Shown: positions 12,258-25,166 of the stretch, piece by piece
How positions within the stretch are numbered: position 1 is the first letter of the stretch
How the letters are laid out: every line of letters begins with the position of its first letter
Source of the DNA: Vicugna vicugna
Lineage: Eukaryota
Assembly (NCBI GenBank): GCA_013265495.1
Contig: MU058000.1
Location: 930,001 to 994,000 of the forward strand
Direction of reading: 5' to 3'
Length of the DNA stretch: 64,000 nt
The notes under the pieces: model-generated
Seen by the model: only the letters and a program-made list of their open reading frames with translations
Database searches by the model: none
What the model was told of the DNA's origin: nothing
Program-made: the position numbers and the translations under genes

Positions 12258-12480
12258 TGATGGTTGAGCAACTTGACTTTGGGTTGGAACAGATATGTTA
12301 GCTGTCTGACCTTGGGTAAATTATGTAACTTCTCTAAGTGGCAGTTTTCTCATCTTTAAAATGGGGATTGTGATAGTAATGATCTCATCAGGTTGTTGTG
12401 ATGGTTAAATGAGGTGATAACATGTATGCTGCTTAGGATAGTGCCCTCAAATAAGTAGTATTAAATTGTTGACTATAAAT
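12258..12480 (+). mobile_element. MIR SINE (near full length)
   Basis: gctgtctgaccttgggtaaattatgtaacttctctaagtggcagttttctcatctttaaaatggggat core. Confidence 0.85.
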
Positions 12481-12896
12481 AGTTACTATTTACTATAAAA
12501 TAATATTTACAATTGTCAGACAATAATTTATTTTAGGTTAAGATAGATAGTGTTGACTTATTTTCAGGAGGATGTGGCCTCCTTGTTATTTTTAAAACAA
12601 ATAATTGTAGTGACTTTTAGAGTAGCTTTGGTCCTCTTGTTGGATCTGCTGAATGGCCTGTCCAAGAACTGAGGCATCAGTTTGAAGAGAGGTTAAGAAC
12701 TTTCTTTCCAAGTTATCCTAGGAAGCTATGGTGAAACAGAATTGGGATTCCTAACATCCAAAGAAGCCTCATTTGTGTTAGTTCTGACCCTTCTTGGGCC
12801 TGAACAGCAGTTGAGGGCTTGGCAGTCATGGAAGAGCAAAGTTGTTGAACATTTTTAGAGTTGAGAAAGCTTCGCCCCTAATTCAGTCACCACCTG

Positions 12897-12982
12897 GGAG
12901 AAGAAAGTAGGGGAGAAGGAGGAGTAGGAGGGGGAGGGGAGGGGGAGGAGGGGGAGGAGGAGGAGGAGGAGGGAGGAGGAGG
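12897..12982 (+). repeat. Polypurine (GGA)n/G-rich tract
   Basis: ggagggggagggagggggaggagggggaggaggaggaggagg directly visible. Confidence 0.9.
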
Positions 12983-13388
12983 CTCTTTGTTTTTTCCCCA
13001 CTAGTTTACCCTGAGTCTGCAGCTGGTTAGAGTTTCTAAGAGGCTCTTAGTTCCAATTAATTTGGTATACACTCTTGTGTGTGTGCTTGATGAATTAAGA
13101 GGCAGCCGTGAATTTATCTGTGCACACAGCCATGAAATTTCCATTACTTTTCTTAATGAATTTTACATTTGATTCTGAAAGCTCTGTAAAAAGTTGCTCA
13201 TTTGTTTTTTAGGGCCTTCCCCTCCTCCTTCTATATAATTCATGTCAAAATAAGAACTTTGCCTAGAGAGAGAGTTTGGACATTTCTATAAGGCATTTTG
13301 CATTTGGGGACAGGAAGACTTTGCCCTTTCCAATATCTGGAAACGTTGAAGGCTGGTATCATCAAAACTTCTTGGGATCCAAAGTAGG

Positions 13389-13910
13389 TTTTGGGGAGGA
13401 AGAAAACTTTTCTTTATAAAGAAAGAACTCTAGAAGGTTCTTCTGGCTGATCTAAGAATTAAATTGTCATAAGACAGATTAACAGGAGAAAATCAAATTT
13501 AACTTAATCTATATGGGGATCCCAGATACATGAGAGGGTCAGAGACCCCACATATGTGAAAGGATGAGAGACAGAAAGATAAAATGAGGTATACATACCA
13601 TCCAAGCTAAGGAAAGGGATTGGGACTGGGACTTCCAAGGAGAGGAGGGCCATTCACAGGACCATAAGAAGAAAAGTCAATGTTTGGTACTTTTTAGCTG
13701 TTTGCCCTGCCATATAGATGGAGCGCTTTAGATAAAATTTATTTCCACTAATAACTCTTTTCTGGGAAAAACCTCCAATTTAAATTCTTCTAGGTAGTTA
13801 AGGAAGGGGTAGTAGTTTCTCTTGAACCCAAGGTCTCAACTGCCTTGAGCCCAAAATAATCCTCATACAACAGTGACACATTTTGGGGAGGCTTGTTCTG
13901 CACCCCTACA
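13389..13910 (-). mobile_element. ERV1 solo LTR, MER34-related
   Basis: Minus strand starts tgtaggggtgcagaacaagcctccccaaaatgtgtcactg...ggattattttgggctcaaggcagttgaga (MER34-like 5' end); TAGG flanks both ends (13385-13388, 13911-13914). Confidence 0.8.
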
Positions 13911-15172
13911 TAGGGTAGAATAGGAGTTCCAGCTGAAGAGGCCAAGTATGGGGTTGCCAGAACGTTCAGTTATCACTGGCAGAGGGAAAAGGCAACAATC
14001 AACGGAGCAGGCTGTGGGGAGGAAAGTAGATGTTCTGCTGCAATGATGTCGAGTCTGAGTTGTCATTCCTAAGCTCCACGCTTCCATTTAGCTGAGAAAT
14101 CCGCAAGATGAAAAGCATGGAGTGCTGTGAGCTGAATCTTGGCTGAAATCTGGCTCTAAGAGTCTCAAAACCTAGAGGCAAGTGACAGAAGCTGATACAC
14201 CTGCATCTCAAAGCTCCAAGCAATTTTCTCTCTCGCATGAAATAAAGACTGGAGTATACTTTTGACGGTAGCCTGTTTCTTTGTTCTAGAAAGGATCCTA
14301 ATATACAATTTTATTAGGTACATGTAATACACGTGATAATCAGAAAATGTGTTTGAGAGGCTGTGACTCTAAGGAACAGAACTGTGAATGTTTATGTTGT
14401 CGGCTTCCTGCATCTCTGAAGACTCTATTTCTTTCAGAAAAATGCTCTTTTCTGTGTATTAATTTAGAGCGGGTTATGGCTAAAGAGATTACTTGTTCTC
14501 GTGGAGGTATGGAGGTTGCAGAAGGCTGAAAGACAGCAAGAGTGATCTTCACCTTCTACTGGAGCAAGGCAATAAGAAAGGAGCCAGGATGAGATGGGCA
14601 GGTACACCCTGGATTGGACCTTCAACGCTGCATGTTGCTCAGACTCAGATCTGGAACAGTCTTTCTTTTGGTGACCGGGGGGTCAAGTCCATCCTACTGG
14701 GTAGTGATGAGTTTCTTTTGGAGAGAGTATGTATTTCCATTTTCATCTGTGCTGAGTAACAGCAGGAAAAGAAAACTTAGATGGTGGGCCTTCGACTGGG
14801 GCATCTCTGGATTTGTTCTCCAGTCTTGTCATGGACTAGTCCTAGTCTAGACATACTGGGAGCACTCTAGAGGGTAGAGGAAGCATGGCTTGCCTGTGGA
14901 GAGACATCCCATGGGGGATTTATGAGAATGGGCTAGGCTTGGAATCTTTCAGATAGCCAAATCTAGTTGTTCCATACGTCTGATTTTTTTCTGTTATCTC
15001 TGAACCTAGAATAAAATCATGTTAAATATTACTGCTTGGTCTCCAACATATTATGGAAAATGAAGGTAATATTTATAATCATCTTGGTTGAGAACTATAA
15101 AAAAAAGAGTAGGTACTCTTATGAGTAGGAGGAGCCCAAGAGGGGAAGGAAGGTATGAGTGGGAGGATTCCC

Positions 15173-15274
15173 CAAAGTGGGATGGACCTGAGAGTAGGTG
15201 GGGCCTGGGAGTAGGATGGGCCTGGGAGTGGGTGGGGCCTGAGAGTGGGTGGAGCCTGAGGCTAGAAGAGGCCT
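15173..15274 (+). repeat. 17-bp G-rich minisatellite, about 6 copies
   Basis: Units caaagtgggatggacct / gagagtaggtggggcct / gggagtaggatgggcct / gggagtgggtggggcct / gagagtgggtggagcct / gaggctagaagaggcct. Confidence 0.9.
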
Positions 15275-17428
15275 TAGGGAGGTGCCCTGTGTTTATAAAT
15301 GCCATATGGAAGTGAAGTACATTTTGGAAAATATAATGTTTGACCTGACCATTGAGAAGTAGAGAGACATGATAAGAAACAGTAAGGAAGGGCTGGAGGA
15401 TAACAAGGAGGTAAGGAAACCAGTAAGGAGATTTTATCCCTGTGTTGTAGAAAAGGAAGGAAAGGGGTAGGTTTGAGGGAGAGAGACTGGGGATCAGTCC
15501 TTCTCTGGAAACTGCTCCACTTTCTTGTGCCTGAAAGGGGAAGTTATCTCTGCCTCATTCTCCCTGGCACAAAATGGGCCACTGATAACAGAGCAGGTAC
15601 AAGTGCTTCCTAGGTCCTTGGCATCTTCTAAATGCTTCCTGCAGCCTGTGAAGTAGGAACTATGACAAACGAAGGAACAAGGTACTGAGTGGCACAGTGA
15701 CTTCCCGAGCCTCTTAATCATCTCACTATTACAGCGTCCTGTCACGGTAACACTCCTCTCTCCCCTTACTTCGTATTTTCTTTGAAAGATAAAATAATAG
15801 TTGTGAAATTAATCTCTTTTGGAGGACAGATATAAAATACATCCTTTGTCTCTTTTATTGTCTGCTGAGCCTCCTCCCAAATTAAAAACATAGATAAAAC
15901 TTGCACAGCCATTGCATAGAAATTCTGCAGGAATGCAACATCCTGCATGTCTCTGCTTCTGAACTGTGACGTGAAATATCCGGGAGAGGTTTGCTCCTAT
16001 CTCCCAGGGCAGGGAGTGTGTGAGCCAGCTCCCTGGGAGCGAGGGTACATGGTCATATGCCACTCCACTCATGAAGCTCACTCACTAATGTTGTCTCACT
16101 TTACCCTGATGCTTGTAAGGCAGGCAGTATTTTGCAGATTAGGTGGGTCCCAGAGAGACTGTGATTTGGCCAGAGTCTGGCTGCACTGGTACAGAAGACC
16201 AGGTCTCTGACTCCCTCTCTCCTATCCTCTGTCCTGACCTGTTGAGGGTCTTTTGCTGTGACCCTTCCCCCTTGACTTGTGGCATTCGCAGTATTTCTGT
16301 GTGGCTCTCTGGGGAGTGATTGTGAAGGTGGTGGGGGCTGTTCTATGCTGTTCATCTACAGGGGACCCCTCTGGAGGCCTGGTGGGATAACACAGGATGA
16401 AGGAAAAGAGTCCAGGCTTGCTCCTGAAAGCTTATTCACTTGGGGCTGCTGACATTTTCCTCTGCCCAACCAAGCAGAGCTTTCTTCCTCTTCAATTTCC
16501 ACCCCAGTACCTGAAATCTTTTGATTTGGAACTCTGCACAAGGCCATATTCCCAGCAGGACCAGACCACACCTCCTCATTAGTCCCGTCTGCTGCTCTGC
16601 ACAGCAAAGTGTGCGCTCCCCAGGAGCTGCGGGTGGAGGGACCGCTTGGGGCCCAGGTCTCTGAAGGGCAAGGTTGGTCTTTATGTGCTGGATTGTTCCT
16701 TGACCCCAGTCTTTCCCCTTGACAGCAGGGCCACATGGGGAGGAACGTGGACTTTTGAGTCCCGCCATTTGGAAGTGTGGGGAGTTGGGGACTCACTCTA
16801 CTTCTGAGTGGTTCCTTATAACTATCAAACAAGCTCTTCTGACAAGCCGGCCATTAACACTAAAGCAGGGCTGGAGGAAGGGGCAAAGATGCTTTGCGAA
16901 TAATACTTGTTACACAGCTGTAGCTGAGACCCCTCTGCCGTCATGAAAGCCTCAGGCGTTCACCCTTCCTTTTCCCTGTAATTGCTCCGATTCTAAGGCT
17001 TAATAGACCCGTGGTTCCTGTGGAGTGTGGGTTCGTATTTGAGAGCTGGATCCCTTGACCCAGGCCGTCTGAGGGATGAGTTCCAAGGGTTAATGTTTCG
17101 AGTGACTGACAAAGGCCTTTCAAAGGATGGCTGTCTTCCAATTCCTGCGGGAGCTGTGAAGACCCCTGTCTCCTGGTGGGGTTTTTATTCCGGTGTCTGA
17201 GATCGCAAGAAAGGCTGTGGTTTGTGTGAGTGAACCCAGTGTGAACTTCTCTGGAGTCCTGCTCGAGAAAGTACTGGGTATCCTGAGGGGTGGGGGCCTC
17301 TTATGCCGCAGGCATCTAGGTGGGGGTACTGACGGGCGCCTGGCACTCTCTGCCTCTCTAGACGTAAGGTAAGCTCTTGGAGGGTAGGGCTGGCATCATA
17401 GGTGTCTTTGTATCTTCAGAGTCTAGTT

Positions 17429-17588
17429 TACTTTTTTGTTTTTGCTTTTTTGTTTGCTTTTTTTAGGGGGGTAATTAGGTTTATTTATTTATCTATTTAT
17501 CTATTTATTTAATGGAGGTAGTAGGGATTGAACCCAGGACCTTGTGCATGCTAAGCACGCACTCTACCGTTGAGCTATACCCTCTCCA
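17429..17588 (-). mobile_element. Full-length tRNA(Ala)-derived Vic-1-type SINE with TSD, inserted in an L2 3' end
   Basis: Minus strand ggagagggtatagctcaacggtagagtgcgtgcttagcatgcacaaggtcctgggttcaatccc; 15-bp TSD cttcagagtct(a/g)gtt at 17414-17428 and 17589-17603. Confidence 0.9.
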
Positions 17589-17689
17589 CTTCAGAGTCTG
17601 GTTAATAATTTACCCTCAGAACATATTCGTTGAGTAGAACTTTTGATTTAATTAATTTCAAATGGTAGATGAGTCCTAATTTATTTTTA

Positions 17690-18855
17690 TTTTTGAATAC
17701 TACATTTTCATTGTAAAAGTAAAGCAAGTTGATGGTACAAGTGAAAAGAGTACGAGAGAGTAAAAATAAGAATGAAATCCCCGCTATGCAGAGAAAAAAA
17801 ATCACTATTAGAAGTTTCCTGTGGCTCTTTCGAGAAATGTCCAATGAGTCTGCATCTCAAGCCTATTTTTATTTTCACAAATGAGATCATACTACATCCA
17901 CGGTTCTGCAACCAGCCTTTGTGGAGTTCACTGTCCATCTTGAGTGTCTTTTCATAGTAGTGCATGGAGACCTCCCCTGACCTTTATAATGGCTGCAGTC
18001 TATTGTATAGATTTGCCATAATTTATTTGACCAGTTCCCAGTTGATGGGTGTTCAGATGTTGACAGAATCTTGATTATTTCAAATAATGCGGTAGCAAAT
18101 ATCTACTTATGTTTGGATTTGTATATCTGTGAGATAAATTTCTGGAGGTTTCAGTTTATTAGATTTGCCAGTTGCCTTTCAAAAAGACACCAATTCCCAG
18201 TCTCACTGGTCATGTATGTAAGTGCCCATTTCTTCACATCCTTGGTAACACTGAGGATTAGCAAATGCTTTCATCTTTGTGAGAATAATAGGAGAAACTA
18301 ACATTTTTTTTTCAAATTTGTGTTTCTTTAATTATGAACGAGTTTCAACCTTTTCTGAATTTAGGGGCTATTTTATTTCATGTTATTTTCTGTGAACTAC
18401 TTGTCCAGGTCCTTTACTGATTTTCCTATTGGACTGTTTCTCCCTCCCTCTCTCTCTTTCTTTATGGATTTGTAAGGAACCTCAGTTTCTTTATGACATT
18501 ACCTCTTCATCACATGTGTTAAAAAATTGTCAGTTTTTCACTTACCTTGACTTTAATTATGATATTTTTGTCATGAAGAATTTTAACATTTTATGTAGTT
18601 ATTTACCAGCCTTTTCCTTTATGCTCCTGAATTTGATGTCATGTCTGGAAAGGATTTTGCTCTTTAAGATTATAAACAAAATTCACTTAAAAAACATGTA
18701 TTATTAACTGTATTTGGTCTATCTGGAATATATTTTAGCACAGAGTCCTATAAGAATCCACATTTATTTTATCCAAAAAGATGGCCAGTTGTCTCAGTTC
18801 CATCTTTCCCTCATGGATTTGAAATGACACCTTACTACATATAGCAAATAAATAC
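17690..18855 (-). mobile_element. Old L1 (L1ME-type) 3' region
   Basis: aatgagatcatactac, tttataatggctgcagtc, ccataatttatttgaccagttcccagttgatggg and gatggccagttgtctcag, collinear with an antisense L1 3' UTR/ORF2 end. Confidence 0.8.
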
Positions 18856-20421
18856 TTGTTTTTCTTGTGAAAACACATGACAATATTTAAAGAAAACCAA
18901 TGTAGCCTTTTCCAAATATATATCACACATAAATTGTCCCAGTTTCCCTAGGTGAGTTCTTTGGAATTGTTTTCAAGTATGGAATCAAAGTGTTCTTTTT
19001 TTTTTTTTTTTAAAGCCCAACCTTTTCTACGAAATAAGAGATGTAAAAAGGGTAGTTATGAATAGTTTGGGTAATAAAGAAAGACTGAATGAGTTTCATA
19101 TTTTAAATAGCTTCGCAAGAAAGGTGGCAATGGCAGAGGCTTGGATTCTGGGTTCTGGGGCAGAGCTGCAGGCCTGCTGGGTGTCCCTCCAGCCTCATCG
19201 GGTCTCCCCCTCGGTCAGGCAAGCTCACCAGTCTGTTACCTGCACACAACTCCAGGTCAGCGCCTGCCTCCCTCACCAGGGTGGCACAGGAGTCACTGAT
19301 GGTGGAGTTTGGCTCAGTGGAGGGTGCTGCCTCTGCCCACATCCTTTTGTTCTAAATGAAAAGGCTTTAGATCCATGCCTACTGCTGTTTACCATTATTT
19401 GTCTGCCTCAAAGCAGAGGATTTGGCTTCCTAAGAAGTCATTAAATTAACCCCAAGTCCAAACCCGAAGAAACAAATGAATTTTGCCTCTGTTTCAGGGA
19501 AGGGACCCCCTGCACAGAAGATGTGTATTTTACGGGGTGTTTCCTATCATAATTCTGCTAAAATTTGGATCCCAGATTTCCCCTCAGAAGTGCTGACTCA
19601 ATACATGAGTCTAGGCAGGTTTCCCCTTCGAGCGAAAGATTCTAGGTATGCAGACAATTAATTTGATTATTTACATCCCGCAGACCCATCACGGAGAACT
19701 TAAATTTAATGTATCCTGCAAGGGGGGGGGGCGGTCAACATGGCTCTCTTGTTTACAGTTAGGAGAATAAAAATTAAAACATAAAAAGCAAGCTCAGTCT
19801 TTGTACTATACCACACATGGACACATAAAACCCCTCAAAAGTTTACTTGTAAACCTTAGCTCGATTGTTAAAGCTTTCTAATTTTCTTGTGTCTTTTAAG
19901 CCAAAATGAAGAAATTCCCCAAGGATTTCTCTAGCACTTTTCATCTGATGCTGTCAAAGCACTTTACAGCCGCTGTCTAATTAAGACTCTGAACACCTCA
20001 GTGCGAGCGGGAAGCATCAACACCAGAAACCTGACAAATAGAAGCTGGATTCCCTGAAAACCTAACTAAATAAAATAGCTCTGGTACATGATGAGAATGC
20101 ACTGAATTTGAAGCATTGAAAAGTTTGCATTTTGTCTGGTTGTAGACTCCTCAGTGTCTCCTAAAGGTCGTTCCCTAAGGCCTCTCTGTTGCAGGAATAT
20201 TTGGAGCAAGTGGTAAAGTTTAGAGAAATCTCTCAGGCATTAAGTATCCGGGAAAAGGAACCGGAAGGCAGAGGACTGTGGAGGAAGAACTTAGGGGGCA
20301 AGCTGTTTGTGAGATGGGGCTCCCGCACGGCTGGGAGCCAGCACACAGAGGCTGCTTTCAGGAATGGTTCTTGCCAGGTGGGCAAAGTTCAGGAGGGGAA
20401 CGTGTGGGAGATTCCAGAATC

Positions 20422-20888
20422 TGTAATGGTGTCGGGGTTCTTAGTCACAAGTAGCAGAAACCAGCTCTGGCTAATGTAAGCCCAAAGGACGTTTACTGGA
20501 AGGGTATCAGCGTCTCTCAGATTCAAGAGAAGGCTTGAGGAGTGGGCTTGGAAAATGCGGAGGAAGAAAGTGAGCTCCTGATCCAGCAGGAAGAACAACT
20601 GAGTCTGCTCATGGCTACTTTTATCAAGAATGACTCCCGCTGTTCTGAGCTCTTCCTGACACTCAAGAGTCTGTGTGGGAGACAACACTCAGTCAGCCTG
20701 GCCCGTTATTTTTCCACCTTGGGTTGTGCAGGGGTGGAAAGTAGGAAGGATCTGGTTCCTTCAGCTTCCATCTGTAGTAGGCGTTAGTGTCTATGACACA
20801 ACGGGGGCCCTATGTGTACTTCCTTCGAGTTTATTAGGAACTGAAGTACTCGGAATGTGGACAGCCAGAAAAATTTAGTATGCCCACA
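20422..20888 (-). mobile_element. Old MaLR LTR (MLT1M/N/L-like)
   Basis: ggggttcttagtcacaagtagcagaaaccagctctggctaatgtaagc...tttactggaagggtat...gcccaca. Confidence 0.65.
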
Positions 20889-21219
20889 GTCACCCCTCTC
20901 CATTCAGCTATTCTTGCTTGGGACCAAAAGCCAGAAATTTAAAGTGTATGGTGTGTAAGGTGTGTGTATGTGTGTGGGTTCTCCTAGAGACTGCTCTGGC
21001 ACGGGAGTGACTGGACTACTTCTGTCCCAGTAATGGCAGGGGATGCATCACGGACCAGGTCTGGGCTTGTACCATGGTCCTTTCCCCATACCCTCCCCTC
21101 CTTTGTTGGCTGTGACTAAATGTCCACCTCGAGAGGTCTCTTTCGCTGAGCAAGGTGTGTGCAGATGCCCCTCTGGCTCTTAATAGTGCCTTGGGCAGGG
21201 AACAGAACTGGACAAGTTT

Positions 21220-21745
21220 AGCTTTATTACTTGCATTGATATAAACACTGATTAATCTGAAAACTTGATACGTCCTGCTGATTCTGTGCCTCGAGCACCT
21301 GCCTGTCACCTCTTCCCCTAAATTCATTCCTATGGCCCATATATTCCTTATCAGATAACTGAGGATGTTGCTTTCCGCCATTGCTTTGTGGAGGTTAGTC
21401 TTACTCATTTCTTCTTCCCAGCATTTGAAAAGCTCCTGAAACATAATCTTCTTCGAAAAATGATTATCAAAGTGATGTGTTTGGATGAAATCCAGACCAG
21501 TTCGTCAGTCATCCAGATGTTTTGATGCTACTCTTCTGAATATACGGCAACACTGGATAGTCAGCTGTGGGTTTCAGTATTCATTCATTCTGTACATTTG
21601 CTGCTGTGCAGTATTATTCGTCTGAAAATGGAATTTCTTGATTCTGTCTTCATCCTGTCTCACTCAGTTCTTTTGATCCTAAATTTGTATTCCTGTAATT
21701 GTTTATGCTGTTCTAGTTTTTTCCTCTTAATGTATTTTTAAGTCT
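21220..21745 (-). mobile_element. Probable ancient RTE-clade LINE 3' fragment (L4/MamRTE-like)
   Basis: Frameshifted minus-strand peptides HIT/DNHFSKKIMFQEL and GKKK*VR..KQWRK resemble the RTE C-terminal HV.RM.D.R.PK.I..GEL..GKR..GRP.K.W; AATAAA near 21223-21228 (minus). Confidence 0.45.
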
Positions 21746-22624
21746 ATTGGTGTCAGTGTAGCAAAGCTAAGATGGTAAGATCCCACAAAACTGGGACCCA
21801 GCTCCTTTGTTCAGTGTCCAGCATAGAGTGCAGATGGCTTCTGATGAGAGCGATGCTAAAGATGGTGATGATGATTTGCAAATGGAGAGAGTCTGGGGCT
21901 CTAGTTGGATCAGAATTAAACAGCTTTTATTGCCTCACAGAATGCAGATCATTTATGCCTCTTGTCAAACATTGGTCTTCCGATGTCTCACCCCATTCCT
22001 GAGTACTGTGTTTCACATCAGCTAAATCTCTAGGTGTTGGGGATACAGTTTCCTGTTCCATGCTGGGCTCTGTCAAAGGGCGACCGTTTGCTTCTGTTGG
22101 TGGAGTTTTCGTGATAAGTTAAAGGATTTCTTTTTGTGTGGCTTATTGGGCACTTCGGCTGTGTGGGGAGAACAGGTGCAAATTTTCGACTATCAACCTG
22201 GATACTTCTTGTGCCACTGAAATATTTTGTTTTGTGGAAGGTGCCAGCTGGGGTAGGCCTCAGGACCAGGAGGGGCAGCAAGGGAATCCAGAGATATGAG
22301 AAATCTCTGTCACATTAAATACTCTGCACTACGGACGCCTTTGTATCTGTTAACCTCCTGATAGCGCAGGACCAATGGAATAGGATGTAGGAAGGTGCTG
22401 AATATTTAAAGGATCTTATCTTGTGACACTGACCAAGCGGTACAGGTGAATGTTTCTTGGTGGGAAGGCGACATGAAGTTTGCATCTGTGTATGAAATGA
22501 CAAATGTGAGCTCCTTTCTTCAGACTTACACTATACTGATTTTAAAGAACTTCAGTTGGCAGGTTCAATAGTCAGTACTAAACCCATGTCCCCATGTGTA
22601 GGAGATTCAAACACAGATATAAAA

Positions 22625-22822
22625 CTCCCCAGGCCCCGTTTCCATCTCAGGCACTCAGGCCTGGCCCGGGGCCTTGGCGGAATCATTCAGAATGCCACAA
22701 GCCCCTCTGCTTCCCCTCTCTTACCTGGAACGAATCATACTACACACTTACCTTGTGATGCTGTGGTAAGGCTGACCCAGGCATTGTTCGCCAAGCACTT
22801 CCCTGCTCAGAGCAAAGCACTG
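22625..22822 (+). mobile_element. MIR SINE (highly degraded)
   Basis: ggccttggcggaatcatt...tctgcttcccctctcttacctggaacgaatcatactac...tgctgtggtaaggctga. Confidence 0.45.
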
Positions 22823-24430
22823 AAGAGAGGCTGAATCGCTTAGCTCAGATCTGCACCGCACTCTTAACAGATGACTTTCCCTCTGCGTTGCGATGGTCCA
22901 GTTTGGGAGCGGGGAGAACCTCGGTGTAGACGGGAAGGGGCCAGGCGTTGTACAAGCAAAGGCATCATCACGACCTGCTGGATCTGGGAGGCAGGGATGA
23001 AGCCTGAAGGCAGTGCTGCCTGGAGGGGCTCTGGTCCAGGCCTGCTCCTCTGCACCCCCAGGCTTTGTTGCCTGGGGTACTACTCCCTTCTCCTTGTCTC
23101 TAGGCCACATTTGGGCCTCCGGATTGTTTTGCCTCTTCATCTGTTTTCACACATGTCAGGTGAGAAAGAAATGGGGCCAACAAAGACTTGTTTTTCATTT
23201 GTTTGTTTAGGCATAATTGCAGTTTTTTCAAAGGGACTTCTAAGAAAGGAGTTACAAAGGAGCCTCGAAATAAGCAAGGACAGCTTTCTGATTCACACTT
23301 CAGTGTGGTCCACAGGGGTGCCGGGGAGGTTTACTTCCAGGGAAGTTCAGTGATGGTCGCTAATTCACGTAAAGGGCCGAGGCCCATGCCTGGCACACAT
23401 CAGGCCCAAGAGCTGTTGCTGTTGCTATTATTGGTTCCCTTCCTTCACTCTGTCCAGGGTGCTGAAATGTCCCTTCTCTGAGGCTCAGAATTTCTTTCTC
23501 CTATTTCCTGTTTGCTGGGAGCAGGGCACCCTGTCCCTCAGCCAGAAGGACAATGGAGTTTTAAGTGTCCCAGAGGTAGCTGGGTTGTATAACACACTGC
23601 AAATTACCAAGTATTCTTTAAGGTCAAGCTAGAGGATAAAAAGGATGAATTTAAGATCTAATAATCTCCATCATCTAGGAGCTTTTTAACTGATAGGTGG
23701 AATCAAACAAGTACAGTCCACTATACTATAAAATAATTACTGATTCTAGAAAAGAAAACAGGGTTTTTATGCTTGGGCACATCAAGTCCATGGACTGCCC
23801 AGAATTAGCATCCAAATCCCAGCCTATCTGAGTCTAAGAGTCTGCTCCGTGCCCTCCATCCCACTGCAGGGAAGAGTTCACTGCCTTTCTTTTATAGGGA
23901 GTCCTAAGAGGAATGCTAATCTCCTAAGCATTAAAGAAATAAAAATAAATAAATAAGCGTCAGGTAAATGAGCTGTGTGCCGACCCCAACTCTCACTTAC
24001 AAAGTAACCAAGGGAAGTGTTACCTTAATGGAAAATCCCTGGGGTGTCTTGGAAACGGCACAGAACAATGTTTCCACCACCTCCAGGGCCATGGAAAAGA
24101 ATATGATGGACGGACCAGGGTTTAATGAGCTCTCAGGTGTCCCAGCTGCCAGGGAAAACGGAGATCTGTCCTTGGTTTACTCTGAAAGGAGAAGGCTCAG
24201 AAATGAAAAACTTTGTGCTAAAGCCTTTCTAGGTGGGAGCTGCTGGTCTTTGTGTCTTAGTATTGCTGCTAATGCCCCAGGAACAAAGCCCGGATGATTC
24301 ATGGTGGTGTCAAATGCTCGTGTAGTTTGGAATGTCACATTAAGCATTTCTAGCTGCTACCATGACTGCTGTGGTGTTAGCAGTTTACAGAGAGCAGGGG
24401 CTTTGAATTTCTATTTCTAATTATGCTTCC

Positions 24431-24974
24431 TGTAGTAGCCGCGTCTTTAAGTTTTTGCATTCTGATGCTTTGATACCTGGGGACTTGCTGACCTTGGAGG
24501 AGCTGCCCCTTCCCGGGCTAGCCAGCTCCGAGACCCGGTAAACAGTTCTACTTCAAGCATGCTTTTCAAATGCAGACCAACCAACCCAGAGCCCACACCC
24601 CAACCACCTTCTCTTTTAGGCTCTCACTCAGGGCTCCTCTTTCCCTGCCTGATCACCTCAGGACCAGGAACCACACACCTCGGGACAGCCCCTATAGCCT
24701 AGAGCCCACTGACATCATTCAAACTGACTCATTCTGAACATGCTTGCCCTGGTTTGCCTGCTGCTTCCTGGAGAAACCGCAGTAAAGGGTGCCCAGGGCG
24801 GCCCACCCTCCAGCCCCTTGACCAGTTCCTGTGCTTTCCTGTGTGTCCACCTCATGAGGCGTCGTGGCCCCTTCCCCTGGGGTCTGTGAGTGCAGCAAAC
24901 TACCTGTCAACGGCAGTCGTGTCCTCCTCTGTTGGCCTTCCCAACGGATAATAACAAAACCTACATTTTGAAAC
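24431..24974 (+). mobile_element. ERVL solo LTR, MER74-like
   Basis: tgatgctttgatacctggggacttgctgaccttggagg...gggctagccagctcc...tgcagaccaaccaacccagagcccacacccc...ttttgaaaca; TG...CA ends. Confidence 0.8.
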
Positions 24975-25166
24975 ACTTCCCCTCTTCTAAAATCAAATCT
25001 CGATGAGATTAAGCCCTAGAAAGATCTAAATGTGTTAAGTGTAAATGTGGATGTGGCCAAGTAGTATTGAATATATTGAACTAGATGAGAAAAATCAGTG
25101 AAAGGAATCTGGGAAGTGGGAACCTGAAATAGTAGGGCATTCATTTAACGTAGGAGAGAGTGAATA

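Noticed and set aside
15173..15274. CRISPR-like array
   Set aside because: Head-to-tail tandem units with no unique spacers, in mammalian DNA
17429..17588. tRNA-Ala gene (also 7766-7899)
   Set aside because: The tRNA-like head is followed by an AT-rich tail and, at 17429-17588, flanked by TSDs; these are SINEs, not tRNA genes
19591..19600. TGCTGACTCA Maf/NF-E2-type site
   Set aside because: A single 10-mer in a degraded MER5-like patch; could occur by chance in 64 kb
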